A DNA stretch of 48,467 nt. Source: Synechococcales cyanobacterium VAR_4_metabat_354 (GTDB taxonomy: Bacteria; Cyanobacteriota; Cyanobacteriia; Cyanobacteriales; Chamaesiphonaceae). The position numbers and the translations under genes are program-made. The stretch lies in the NCBI GenBank assembly GCA_031414775.1, contig JANOQI010000032.1, positions 1 to 48,467 of the forward strand. Direction: 5' to 3'. Each line of letters opens with the position of its first letter. Position 1 is the stretch's first letter. The notes under the pieces are model-generated. The model was not told the DNA's origin, did no database searches, and saw nothing but the letters and a program-made list of their open reading frames with translations. Shown one piece after another: positions 35,480 to 45,738 of the stretch.

Positions 35480-38029
35480 TTATGAGGCTGTTGGCAGGAT
35501 TTTTAACTGTAAGTTTCCCTGGATCTTGGGTGGCTGGTTCTGGATGGCTGCTATCTTAGCCACTAATTCTGGGGCTGGTAAAGGTTTGCTAAAGAAAAAA
35601 CCTTGAACTCCGTCACAGCCTACCGATCGTAAAAAATCTAGTTGCTCGATCGTTTCCACCCCTTCGGCAATCACACTCAATTTCAACTCATGACCCAAAT
35701 TGATAATAGTACGGACAATCCCGGCATTGATCGAATCAAGTGAATCTCCTGTTAGATCTTTAATAAAAGATCTATCCACCTTCAAATGGTCGAGGGGTAA
35801 ATGTTTTAGCGCTGCCAGCGACGAATGACCGGTGCCAAAATCATCTAAAGATACCTGAATGCCTAGGGCGCGCAGCTGTTGCAGGATGTCGATCGTCAGT
35901 TGCAAATCTTGAATTGCCAAGCTTTCGGTAATTTCTACTTCCAAATATTCTGGGGCTAGACCGCTTCGTTCTAAAGCTCTCATCACAATTTCAACGAAAT
36001 TAGGCTGCTGAATTTGCTTAATTGATAGATTCACGGCCATTGTGAAATATCCCACTCCCTGTTCTTGCCACAGTTTATTCTGCTGACAGGCGGTATTTAA
36101 AACCCATTCACCGATCTGATTGATTAAACCAGTCTCTTCGGCCACCGGAATAAACTCTGCCGGACTAATAAAATGTGCCCGGTAATCATAGCAACGAATT
36201 AAAGCTTCAACTCCAATTACCTGCTGACTAGCAATATCCACCTGCGGCTGATAGTGCAGAACAAACTGCTGGTGATTCCCTGTCCGATCATTCAACTGGA
36301 TGCCACCAACGAGGCTATCATGAATTGCCTGGTACAGAATATTTGCTAACCGTAGTTGATCGACGGCGGTGGTACTCGGTGCTGAACTGTACATTTCATA
36401 ATGATTACGGCCTTTTTGTTTAGCCCGATACAGGGCAGTATGAGCGTGCTTGAATAACGTATCAGCATCTTCGCCATCGTAGGGCGATATGGCAATTCCC
36501 ATGCTGGCTTGGATATAGAGAGTATTGCTCTCTAAGTAAGGAAAAATATCCTCAAATTCAAAGGGGGTACTCAGGGTATTAAGAATAGTTTTTGCTATAT
36601 GCTGCATTTCTGCGATGTCGTCAAAGGACGACACCAGAAAAGTAAATTCGTCACCACCCCAGCGACCTAGTACATCGTAGGTAGCATTGGCTTGTTGGAG
36701 TCTGGTAGTGACCATCTGGAGTAGCCGATCGCCAATACTGTTGCCCAGAATGTCGTTAATATTCTTAAAACGATCTAAGTTTAAAAAGATCACAGCCAAC
36801 AGTTCGCCCCGCTCCTGAGTCTTAGCTAAAGCTAGGGTAAACCGCTGTTGTAAAAGCAAGCGATTGGGTAAACCTGTCAGCAAATCATAATAAGACTGCT
36901 GGCGAAACATATTCTCAATGCGCTGTTGCATGATGCCGGTGTACAGATGCACCATGAGCGCCTGCGCTAGTTGCACTTCAGCTGCTGTCCATTGGGATGG
37001 CCCATCGATCGATCGAAACAGGGTGAGGCAGCCAATGGACTGATGGCTATAGCGCAGGGGCAGAATCAGTAAAGACTGAATACGGGCATGATGCAAAGAA
37101 AAATACAGTGGTTCTAAGATTAAGTGTTGATAGATATCGGCAATCGCACAAATCTGTTCGGGATGTTCGCGGCCATTTTTGTAGCCGATGTCATAAATGA
37201 TGCGCTGCCACAGGGCGTTTTTTTCTACTTCGATCAGAATGTCTGGTTGTTGGCCGTGGGTAAAGATTTGGGCGGTGGCATGAACCGGCTCAGCCATCAC
37301 ATACAACCGTGCGCCGCTAGCCTGGAAAGCCTCGGTCAGTTCTATTAGTAGTTGTCTTTCGGGAGCTGGGGTTTGCAAGAGGTTGCTAATTTTCTGAATC
37401 AATAGCCCTTGATTGTTTTGAGACTGAGCATGTGCCACCAACTCCACTTGGGCAATCCCGATCGAAATTTGATCGACCAAAATTTGCAGGGTGTGCAATT
37501 GCTTGGAGCTGAAACGCTTCGACTGCCGATTTTGACAGGCTAAAAATCCCCACAGTTGGTGCTGATGAATAATGGGCAGCAACAAACAAGTTGTGATGCC
37601 CATTTCTCGCATCTTAGCTTGATAGTGGGGATGGCTGGGGCGGTGGGAGATGAGATTTTTCTTGAGGTGGTTTTGGGGAGAATTGTAGACGGTGGTTTTA
37701 CCAGCATTTAAATCGATGAGTAGCTTTTGTCTTTCACTGATAAATAGATCGCGCTGGGACTGGGGAATTGGGGCTGATAATCGGTTGCCGCGCAGCGTTG
37801 GTAATCGATTATCTTTGATTGCTTCGGCGACTATCTCGAAGTTATCACCCTGAGCCATCTGATAAAAATTCACTCGATCGACATCTAGAAACTTACGAAT
37901 CGGCATAGCGACGCTATTTAGCATCTCTGATAACTCTTGGGCATCTCGAATTTTGCTAATTAATTGATTAAGTAATTTTTTACTGTCAATCATTGGCTGA
38001 ATCCAGCTAATTCCGTAGTCGCTCGCCAT
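35480..38029 (-). CDS. GAF-GAF-GGDEF-EAL c-di-GMP signalling protein (Cph2-like architecture)
   Basis: Two GAF domains, DLLTGLPNR, GRWGGDEF, EALIR, EITES, DDFGTGHSSL and AEGVE. Confidence 0.9.
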   Translation of the reverse strand: MASDYGISWIQPMIDSKKLLNQLISKIRDAQELSEMLNSVAMPIRKFLDVDRVNFYQMAQGDNFEIVAEAIKDNRLPTLRGNRLSAPIPQSQRDLFISERQKLLIDLNAGKTTVYNSPQNHLKKNLISHRPSHPHYQAKMREMGITTCLLLPIIHQHQLWGFLACQNRQSKRFSSKQLHTLQILVDQISIGIAQVELVAHAQSQNNQGLLIQKISNLLQTPAPERQLLIELTEAFQASGARLYVMAEPVHATAQIFTHGQQPDILIEVEKNALWQRIIYDIGYKNGREHPEQICAIADIYQHLILEPLYFSLHHARIQSLLILPLRYSHQSIGCLTLFRSIDGPSQWTAAEVQLAQALMVHLYTGIMQQRIENMFRQQSYYDLLTGLPNRLLLQQRFTLALAKTQERGELLAVIFLNLDRFKNINDILGNSIGDRLLQMVTTRLQQANATYDVLGRWGGDEFTFLVSSFDDIAEMQHIAKTILNTLSTPFEFEDIFPYLESNTLYIQASMGIAISPYDGEDADTLFKHAHTALYRAKQKGRNHYEMYSSAPSTTAVDQLRLANILYQAIHDSLVGGIQLNDRTGNHQQFVLHYQPQVDIASQQVIGVEALIRCYDYRAHFISPAEFIPVAEETGLINQIGEWVLNTACQQNKLWQEQGVGYFTMAVNLSIKQIQQPNFVEIVMRALERSGLAPEYLEVEITESLAIQDLQLTIDILQQLRALGIQVSLDDFGTGHSSLAALKHLPLDHLKVDRSFIKDLTGDSLDSINAGIVRTIINLGHELKLSVIAEGVETIEQLDFLRSVGCDGVQGFFFSKPLPAPELVAKIAAIQNQPPKIQGNLQLKILPTAS

Positions 38030-38257
38030 AGGAAATCACTCTAAATTAGTGTTTTGGTGAATTAATTGTTGATAATGGTGCTGCAATTTGGCGATACTAT
38101 GTAAGGACTACATAGATTTTTACGTATCAAGAAAGACTGAATTCGTCTAACTTAGAAGTATTAGTTATTAAACTGCTAATTGTTTGGTGTAACAATTATT
38201 TAAAAATTAGTGTAACTAATTTGTCCCTGTCTGTATGTATTTCGGAATGTATTTTTA

Positions 38258-39484
38258 ATGTCTGAATCTAGTTTCCCCCATGAACATTGGCAGAAATTAA
38301 TCGAAGTAGCTACCACTCCCTCTACCCAGATTGAAGACATTGTTGCTCCTGCTACTAGCGACGAATTATGTGCTGCCGTCCACCAGGCTGCTAGTCGGCA
38401 GCAAAAAATGCTGGTGGTGGGCAGTGGTAGCAAACTGAGCTGGGGCGGCTTAGTGGCTGAACCCACCTTGTTAGTTAGTACCGCTAAGCTCGATCGATTG
38501 ATTGACCATGCCGTTGGTGACCTGACGGTGACGGTGGAAGCGGGCATTTCTTTTCAGCAGCTGCAACAGCAGTTAGCACTTGCAGGCCAGTTTTTACCTT
38601 TAGATCCGTTGTTTCCTGATCGATCGACCATCGGTGGATTAATTGCTACCGCCGATACTGGCTCGCTCCGGCACCGGTACGGTGGGGTGCGTGATCTCCT
38701 ACTAGGTATTAGTTGGGTGCGTGCCGATGGCGTGATGGCGAAAGCTGGTGGCCGAGTAGTGAAAAACGTGGCCGGTTATGATCTGATGAAACTATTCACT
38801 GGCTCCTATGGCACTTTGGGGATTCTCCAGCAGGTCACGATGCGGGTTTATCCATTACCGGTGGCTTCTGGATCGGTCTGGGTTACTGGTACAGCGCTGC
38901 CGGATTTAATTGGTCAATTGGGTGCTAGTACCCTCACCCCGACTGCTTTAGATTTAATTAGCGCGGGTCTGGCACAGCAGTTGGGTTTGGGTGAACAAAT
39001 GGGTATACTCGCTCGCTTCCAAACCATTCCCGAGAGTATTCAAGTGCAGAGTCAAAAGCTCGCTGAATTAGCAACTAGTCTGAGTTTAACCAGTCAGACT
39101 TATACAAGAGAGCCAGAAACCGAAATTTGGGGACAGGTGCGACCCACCGTGATGGCCAAACCAATTACTGCCAAGATTGGGGTGCGGGCAACGGCGGCTG
39201 TGGATATCCTGACCAACTTTAGTCGTCAGACTGGTGGTGGTGGGGTTGTTCATCTGGGTAGCGGCATTGGTTTGATTGGTTGCGATCAGCCTGCTGTTCT
39301 GATGCCTTTACGTCAGCAGTGTGAACAAGCGGCGGGCTTTTTGACAATATTGACTGCCCCCGTCGCCACTAAGCAACAACTCGAAGTCTGGGGCTATCAA
39401 GGCGCGGCTGTGCAAATTATGCGACAGCTCCGCCAGCAATTCGACCCCCAGGCGCTTTTCAATCCCAGCAAGCTTTTCACCTAA
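38258..39484 (+). CDS. glcE: Glycolate oxidase FAD-binding subunit
   Basis: DLTVTVEAG, TIGG, GGRVVKNVAGYDLMKL and FDP..LFNP motifs; adjacent to glcF. Confidence 0.85.
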   Translation: MSESSFPHEHWQKLIEVATTPSTQIEDIVAPATSDELCAAVHQAASRQQKMLVVGSGSKLSWGGLVAEPTLLVSTAKLDRLIDHAVGDLTVTVEAGISFQQLQQQLALAGQFLPLDPLFPDRSTIGGLIATADTGSLRHRYGGVRDLLLGISWVRADGVMAKAGGRVVKNVAGYDLMKLFTGSYGTLGILQQVTMRVYPLPVASGSVWVTGTALPDLIGQLGASTLTPTALDLISAGLAQQLGLGEQMGILARFQTIPESIQVQSQKLAELATSLSLTSQTYTREPETEIWGQVRPTVMAKPITAKIGVRATAAVDILTNFSRQTGGGGVVHLGSGIGLIGCDQPAVLMPLRQQCEQAAGFLTILTAPVATKQQLEVWGYQGAAVQIMRQLRQQFDPQALFNPSKLFT

Positions 39485-39504
39485 AATAAACCTCATTAAA
39501 CCCC

Positions 39505-40836
39505 ATGCCTGAAATCGCTAACTGCCCTGGTTTTGATCTAACTAATCCCCCTGATCCACAGTTGATTGATTCCTGTGTGCACTGTGGTTTTTGCCTAGCT
39601 ACCTGCCCCAGCTACCGGGTACTTGGTACCGAAATGGATTCACCCCGGGGGCGGATTTACACGATCGATGCCATTAATAAGGGTGAAATTCCCCTATCAC
39701 CCACCGTAGCAGCTCACTTTGATACTTGCTTGGGTTGCTTGGCCTGTGTGACAACTTGTCCCTCGGGAGTACGCTACGACCAATTGATTGAGTCAATGCG
39801 GCCACAGATTGAGCGTCACCACCAACGTCCTTTGCTGGAACGGCTGTACCGTCAGTTTATTTTTGGACTTTTTCCCTACCCTGATCGCTTGCGGCTGTTG
39901 TTATTTCCGTTGGTGGTCTATCAAAAATCGGGTCTCCAGCAGCTAGTGCGTAGTACTGGTTTGCTACCCAAGGTGTCACCGCACTTAGCTAGTATGGAGG
40001 GTAATTTACCCCAATTGAACTTTGCTGATCTCAATCCCAACTACCCAACTACTATTCCGGCGCAGGGTGAGACCCGGTACCGCGTCGGGATGATTTTGGG
40101 CTGTGTGCAGAAATTGTTCTTCGATCGAGTGAATCAAGCCACCATTCGAGTGCTAACTGCTAACGGTTGTGAGGTGATCATTCCGCCCAGTCAGGGCTGT
40201 TGTGCGGCGTTGCCCCAGCACCAAGGCCAAACTAGTCAGGCCGAAACGATGGCCAAGCAGATGATTGATAGTTTCCGGAGCTATGATTTGGATGCAGTGA
40301 TTATCAATGCGGCTGGTTGCGGCCACACTCTCAAAGAATATGGTCATATGTTGGCCGAGGATAATGTCTACGCTGCGCCTGCTCAAGAATTTGCCGATCG
40401 AGTAAAAGATGTGCAAGAATTTCTAGCTAGCATTGAGCTAATCACACCTTTGCAGCCGATTACCGACCAGCCCCTAACGATTGTCTATCAAGATGCTTGT
40501 CATTTGATTCATGGCCAGAAAATTAGTGCCCAGCCCCGTCAGCTCTTGCGCCGGATTCCCCAGGTGCAGCTGCGCGAGCCAATCGATGCCGGGTTATGCT
40601 GCGGCAGTGCTGGCATTTATAACATGCTCCAGCCAGAGGTGGCGGAGGAATTAGGTCAGCAAAAAGTGACTAATTTGATCAACACTGGTGCTAGCCTGAT
40701 TGCCTCAGCTAATCCCGGCTGTAGTTTGCAGATTAGTAAACATCTGGCTGCCCAAGGTCAAACTGTGCCAGTTTATCATCCGATCGAACTCTTGGATCTA
40801 GCGATCCGGGGTGAGCAGCTCCCGGCTAGTCTTTGA
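39505..40836 (+). CDS. glcF: Glycolate oxidase iron-sulfur subunit
   Basis: CVHCGFCLATCP and CLGCLACVTTCP ferredoxin motifs, plus two CCG domains (CCAA, CCGSAG). Confidence 0.88.
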   Translation: MPEIANCPGFDLTNPPDPQLIDSCVHCGFCLATCPSYRVLGTEMDSPRGRIYTIDAINKGEIPLSPTVAAHFDTCLGCLACVTTCPSGVRYDQLIESMRPQIERHHQRPLLERLYRQFIFGLFPYPDRLRLLLFPLVVYQKSGLQQLVRSTGLLPKVSPHLASMEGNLPQLNFADLNPNYPTTIPAQGETRYRVGMILGCVQKLFFDRVNQATIRVLTANGCEVIIPPSQGCCAALPQHQGQTSQAETMAKQMIDSFRSYDLDAVIINAAGCGHTLKEYGHMLAEDNVYAAPAQEFADRVKDVQEFLASIELITPLQPITDQPLTIVYQDACHLIHGQKISAQPRQLLRRIPQVQLREPIDAGLCCGSAGIYNMLQPEVAEELGQQKVTNLINTGASLIASANPGCSLQISKHLAAQGQTVPVYHPIELLDLAIRGEQLPASL

Positions 40837-41440
40837 AATACAGCTTGGATTTAGAGTGGTCTAAAGCTAATAGTTTATATTTTTGCAATTGATATCTACC
40901 ACCCAAGGGCAATAGCCATACCACTACGACTAACCAATGGAAAAATACTGTCAACCACAGTGATTCAGTCCAAACGTAAGTCAGTAGACATCCCAGCTCT
41001 AAGAGTGTTGCCAGTATCAAAAATCGGCGCTGTTTAAATAAAGGGTGTATGTAACGATATCCGATCAGGTAACGAGCGATTGCGACTAGCCCCGCAATAC
41101 CCATCCACAGTGCTTTATGCTGAATGAAGGGATTTTCAAAGGCCAGTGGCACCAGCAAAACTCGGCAGATTAGTTCTTCGATCGTCACCCAGATCAGCAA
41201 CATACCCATCAGCTTGACCGCTTGTCGATTGCCGTACAGTCGCAGTCCATCGCGATACATTTCCAGATTTAACCACACCTCGATCGGCTCAAAGTTGACC
41301 AAGGTATTGACTAAGCCGGAGGGAATGGTGACTAAGCAATACCCACAAAATAACGCCCAGGTAATCAGTAGATCTGGACCACTGGGCGGCACGATTAATG
41401 AAACCCATAGTCGATTGAGAATCGTCGATAATATCAGCAA
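40826..41440 (-). CDS. CPBP (Abi/CAAX) family intramembrane protease-like protein
   Basis: Multi-TM, with EELICR (EExxxR) and SLW....FHW motifs. The middle His motif appears degenerate. Confidence 0.7.
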   Translation of the reverse strand: MLILSTILNRLWVSLIVPPSGPDLLITWALFCGYCLVTIPSGLVNTLVNFEPIEVWLNLEMYRDGLRLYGNRQAVKLMGMLLIWVTIEELICRVLLVPLAFENPFIQHKALWMGIAGLVAIARYLIGYRYIHPLFKQRRFLILATLLELGCLLTYVWTESLWLTVFFHWLVVVVWLLPLGGRYQLQKYKLLALDHSKSKLYFKD

Positions 41441-41480
41441 TGAACTATTCCTGGTACTGCTTTGGAGCTATTTGAATATA

Positions 41481-42620
41481 GTGATATTTAACCATAAGCC
41501 TGTCTACTTAGACTATCAAGCAACCACTCCTCTTGACGAGAGAGTTTTGGCTGCAATGCTACCTTATTTCGGCGAGCATTTTGGTAATGCTGCTAGTAGA
41601 AATCATCTGTATGGATGGTCAGCTGCTGCCGCCATCGATGTGGCTCGCTCTCAAATCGCGACAGCAATCGGTGCCGATCCGCTGGATATTATCTTCACCA
41701 GTGGTGCCACTGAAGCCAATAATTTGGCGATCAAAGGCATTGCAGAAGCTCATTTGTCCAAAGGACAGCACATTATCACGGTACAGACTGAACATCGATC
41801 GATCTTAGAACCCTGTCGGTATCTGGAGCAACTGGGTTTTACAATTACTTATTTGCCGGTCAAGGAAGATGGTCTGCTATCGACAGGTCAACTACAAGCC
41901 GCGATCCGTCCTGATACCATTTTAGTGTCGGTGATGGTCGCCAATAATGAAATCGGAGTACTACAGCCGATTACCGAAATAGCGCAGATTTGTCGGCAGC
42001 AGCAAATTGTTTTTCATACTGATGCTGCGCAGGGGGTCGGCAAAATCCCGATCGACGTGCAGAGTTGCCCGGTGGATTTACTCTCGATTACTGGACACAA
42101 GGTCTACGGACCAAAAGGTATTGGCGCTCTATATCTGCGCCCTACTATCCGATTAGCTCCCCAAATCGTCGGCGGTGGTCAAGAACGTGGTCTGCGAGCG
42201 GGTACCCTGCCCACAGCTCAAATTGTCGGACTAGGCCAGGCGATCGAACTAGCTAGGCAAGAGCAAGCTACTGAATCACAGCGGTTACTGGTTCTCCGGA
42301 ATAATCTGTGGCAACAACTGCAACAAATCTCTGATATTTATCTCAATGGGGATGCTACGCAGCGATTGCCCGATAACTTAAATGTTAGTTTTGGCGGGGT
42401 CTCTACTAACGAGTTGTTGCGAAAATTACAGCCAATTGTGGCTTTGGCGGCTGGATCGGCCTGTAGTTCTGGGCAAGCCTCTCATGTCTTGAAGGCCATT
42501 GGCAGGTCGCCTAACCTGGCTAGTTTACGTTTTAGTCTCGGCAAATTCACGACCGCCGCCGATATCGATCAGGTGGCTGGAGCTGTGCAGCAAGCTGTAA
42601 AAAATTTGCGCGACCAGTAA
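41481..42620 (+). CDS. iscS: Cysteine desulfurase (IscS/NifS type)
   Basis: YLDYQATTP, FTSGATEANN, HTDAAQ, GHKVYGPKG and GSACSS motifs. The start is moved from 41124 to the in-frame GTG at 41481 to avoid overlapping the CPBP gene. Confidence 0.88.
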   Translation: MIFNHKPVYLDYQATTPLDERVLAAMLPYFGEHFGNAASRNHLYGWSAAAAIDVARSQIATAIGADPLDIIFTSGATEANNLAIKGIAEAHLSKGQHIITVQTEHRSILEPCRYLEQLGFTITYLPVKEDGLLSTGQLQAAIRPDTILVSVMVANNEIGVLQPITEIAQICRQQQIVFHTDAAQGVGKIPIDVQSCPVDLLSITGHKVYGPKGIGALYLRPTIRLAPQIVGGGQERGLRAGTLPTAQIVGLGQAIELARQEQATESQRLLVLRNNLWQQLQQISDIYLNGDATQRLPDNLNVSFGGVSTNELLRKLQPIVALAAGSACSSGQASHVLKAIGRSPNLASLRFSLGKFTTAADIDQVAGAVQQAVKNLRDQ

Positions 42621-42646
42621 CCCCATGCGATTGACAGAATTCGGGG

Positions 42647-43063
42647 TATAATATTTTGCATGAGCAGTAACATCTACTAGCGGCATGAGTGATCGTGTGA
42701 GTATTCAATCGATCAACAGCTAAAGCTAGCAGTAGCAAAGCTCCTGCCCAGCTAAATTTTTCACTTTTGTTAATTCCCCTTCAGTCTCCAGCGTAAATGG
42801 CTTAAGTATTTTGGGCGGCTTTGCGCCGGTAATAGACTGTTGGTCATAGCACGAGCTGTGTAGAAATTAACTGCTTCTCAATCAATCATTTTCTTGAAAT
42901 ATATAAGGAAATATTACTGATATTCTGATCAGACATTTCATCGACTACCTTCACATCGTTACGGAACGAAGCAAGCGTCGATCACCATTCATTTACATTT
43001 AATCCAGCACCGGGCACTGTTTTCTTCATGCCTCAGTTTGCTGCATATTTTTGAGGAAATTTA
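42647..43063 (+). promoter_or_regulatory. Candidate rne promoter (-10 TATAAT 42647-42652) and long 5' UTR
   Basis: A perfect TATAAT lies just after the iscS stop, followed by ~410 nt of non-coding sequence. Cyanobacterial rne genes have long leaders. Confidence 0.5.
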
Positions 43064-45064
43064 ATGCCAAAGCAAATAATTATCGCTGAGCAACATCGGA
43101 TTGGAGCCGTGTTTTCAGAGGATCAAATCCAAGAGATCATTGTTTCCACTGGTCAGCATCAGGTTTGTGACATCTATTTAGGAGTAGTCGAAAACATTTT
43201 GCAGGGGATTGATGCCGCTTTTGTGAACATCGGCGATCCTGCTCGCAACGGATTTATTCATGTTACTGATCTAGGGCCTTTGCGTTTGCGCCGGAGTGCA
43301 GGCGCAATTACTGATCTGTTAGCACCGCAACAAAAGGTGTTGACTCAGATTATGAAGGAGCCGACCGGCAACAAGGGTCCACGTCTGACGGGGAATATCA
43401 GCTTGCCGGGACGCTATGTCGTGTTGATGCCCTACGGCAAGGGTGTGAACCTATCGCGACGGGTCAATAGTGAAGCTGAACGGAACCGGCTGCGAGCGCT
43501 AGCCGTATTGATCAAACCTGCTGGAATGGGTTTACTGGTGCGAACAGAGGCGGAGGGTAAGGCGGAAGAAGCAATTATTGAAGATTTAGAGCAGCTTCAA
43601 CGCCAGTGGGAAGCTATTCAACAGGATGCCACTTCTACTCGTGCTCCCGCTTTGCTCTACCGTGATGATGATTTCATTCAAAGGGTTCTACGCGATACCT
43701 ACTCATCAGATGTCAATCGGATCGTGGTCGATTCGCCCCACGGTATCAAGCGGGTTAAGCAGTATTTAGTAGGCTGGAGCGGTGGCAAGGTACCAGATGG
43801 GGTATTCATTGATCATCACCGTGAACGTCAGCCGATTCTAGAATATTTCCGATTAAATTCAGCCATCAAAGAAGCCCTGAAGCCCAGAGTAGATCTGCCT
43901 TCTGGTGGCTATATCATTATCGAACCAACCGAAGCCCTGACAGTGATCGATGTAAACTCTGGCTCTTTCACTAGATCGAATTCTTCCCGGGAAACTGTCC
44001 TCTGGACTAATTGTGAAGCAGCTACCGAAATCGCTCGTCAGTTACGTTTGCGCAATTTGGCCGGGGTAATTGTGGTGGACTTCATTGATATGGATTACCG
44101 CAAAGACAAGCTGCAAGTGCTGGAGCATTTCGACCGGCAGTTAAGAGCTGACAAGGCGCGGCCTCAAATTTCTCAGCTGTCGGAGCTAGGGCTAGTGGAG
44201 CTGACTCGTAAGCGCCAAGGTCAAAATATTTATGAACTCTTTGGTGAGACCTGTAGTCACTGTGGTGGCTTGGGTCATATGGTGCAGCTGCCTGGTGACC
44301 AGGTGCAGAGCTTGCACAATCCGGACAGGTTTGATCGCAATGATCGATCGACGACAATCGCCCTACCGGGTATACCCGCTGTGCCACGTACTTGGGATCC
44401 CAGCAATGGGACTGTGGAGCAGTCCGAGGAAGAAGACGATAACTTTAATTTGGTCAATCATCCCAGCTACCAAGAACGCACTCGTCTAGACAAAAAACGA
44501 CGGCGGCGAAATGACCGAGTGGCCGAAACGCCCATGCGGGAAGAGACCGAGCGGCCAGTACCCCGTGCCATTATTACGCCTTTGCCAATTGTTGACGAAC
44601 AACCACCAGCGGTGGACGTGGTGGAGCAGCCCAGCAAACCGCCTCAAAGTAAACCAACCCGAGCACCAATCGAACCACCAGAAAGGCTATCAGTAGCCAT
44701 GTCCGATCTGGAAAAAGATGCTTATGCTTGGATGGGCGTTTCCCCGCTGATCAAGCTGGAACAGGAAATCCGCAATCCCCGGACGGCGATTGTGACAATC
44801 GTTCCTTTTGGTACTTTGCCGGAGCCAGTTCCGGAAATAGTAACGGTAGTTGAAACCAATGATCCGGTGGAAGAGGAAACCATGAGCTTTGTGGAGCCAC
44901 TTCCCCTGCCACTAATTTTTGATTATGCCCCAGAGCCAGTAGTGGCCAGCGTAACTTCATTGCCAGTGGTGATGCCGGAAGAAGTGGCCATAATGGAAGA
45001 AGAAACCAGCTCTGAACTAGCCAATCGCCGCCGCCGCCGCCGCTCTTCGGCTATTGTCGATTAA
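43064..45064 (+). CDS. rne: Ribonuclease E
   Basis: S1 domain (AAFVNIG), TEALTVIDVNSG, IVVDFIDM, CSHCGG Zn-link, the cyanobacterial NHPSYQE motif and C-terminal RRRRRRSSA. Confidence 0.96.
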   Translation: MPKQIIIAEQHRIGAVFSEDQIQEIIVSTGQHQVCDIYLGVVENILQGIDAAFVNIGDPARNGFIHVTDLGPLRLRRSAGAITDLLAPQQKVLTQIMKEPTGNKGPRLTGNISLPGRYVVLMPYGKGVNLSRRVNSEAERNRLRALAVLIKPAGMGLLVRTEAEGKAEEAIIEDLEQLQRQWEAIQQDATSTRAPALLYRDDDFIQRVLRDTYSSDVNRIVVDSPHGIKRVKQYLVGWSGGKVPDGVFIDHHRERQPILEYFRLNSAIKEALKPRVDLPSGGYIIIEPTEALTVIDVNSGSFTRSNSSRETVLWTNCEAATEIARQLRLRNLAGVIVVDFIDMDYRKDKLQVLEHFDRQLRADKARPQISQLSELGLVELTRKRQGQNIYELFGETCSHCGGLGHMVQLPGDQVQSLHNPDRFDRNDRSTTIALPGIPAVPRTWDPSNGTVEQSEEEDDNFNLVNHPSYQERTRLDKKRRRRNDRVAETPMREETERPVPRAIITPLPIVDEQPPAVDVVEQPSKPPQSKPTRAPIEPPERLSVAMSDLEKDAYAWMGVSPLIKLEQEIRNPRTAIVTIVPFGTLPEPVPEIVTVVETNDPVEEETMSFVEPLPLPLIFDYAPEPVVASVTSLPVVMPEEVAIMEEETSSELANRRRRRRSSAIVD

Positions 45065-45633
45065 ACTAACTCAGCTAGTTTTTGCCGAGCTTCAGCCATC
45101 GCTTGACCGCGATGGCTGATTTGTTTTTTGAGGTTGGGAGACATTTGGGCAAAAGACATGCCCTGTGCTGGCACATAAAAGATGGGGTCATAGCCAAATC
45201 CGCCATCACCAGTGGGTGCAAGCAGAATTTCTCCTCGGCAAATACCAGTTGTTTCGATCACAATTAGGCCATCTGGTTGAGAAATGGCGATCGCACAAAC
45301 AAACTGAGCCTGTCGATCGATCTTTCCAGTTAGCTCATTTAACAGCTTGGTAATACGACCACTATCGGTATCGCTATACCTGGCCGAATAAATTCCTGGT
45401 GCCCCATCCAAAGCATCAACCATTAGGCCAGAGTCATCGGCGATCGCCCATTTATTAGTAGCTAAAGCTGTTTGACTGGCTTTGAGGCAAGCATTTTCCA
45501 TAAAAGTGGTGCCGGTTTCGACTACATCCAACTCTGCTGGCTTGAGGCTTAACTGCCAGCCTGTTTCTGCCAAGTAAACTTGCATTTCAGTGAGCTTTCC
45601 TTGATTGCCGGTTGCTACTACTAGTTCTTGCAT
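45061..45633 (-). CDS. rdgB: Non-canonical purine NTP pyrophosphatase (RdgB/HAM1)
   Basis: ATGNQGK, ENA..KA, ADDSGL, PGIYSARY, GFGYDPIF and SHRG motifs. Confidence 0.94.
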   Translation of the reverse strand: MQELVVATGNQGKLTEMQVYLAETGWQLSLKPAELDVVETGTTFMENACLKASQTALATNKWAIADDSGLMVDALDGAPGIYSARYSDTDSGRITKLLNELTGKIDRQAQFVCAIAISQPDGLIVIETTGICRGEILLAPTGDGGFGYDPIFYVPAQGMSFAQMSPNLKKQISHRGQAMAEARQKLAELV

Positions 45634-45738
45634 GATTATAAAATTATGATGAAGTTATTAAAATTGCATCTTTTTTTGGAACTTATCTAGCCTAGAATAC
45701 TTCAAGCAATTTATCGGTCAACTTGCTTTTTTAACCCA

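Noticed and set aside
38258..40836. glcE-glcF without glcD
   Set aside because: Dispersed glc genes are ordinary in cyanobacteria.
41124..41480. 119-aa N-terminal extension on the cysteine desulfurase ORF
   Set aside because: It overlaps the opposite-strand CPBP gene. IscS homology starts at YLDY, and an in-frame GTG is available at 41481.
42631..42652. TTGACA + TATAAT as a perfect sigma70 promoter
   Set aside because: The spacing is only 10 bp, so the two hexamers cannot act as a pair. Only the -10 was kept.
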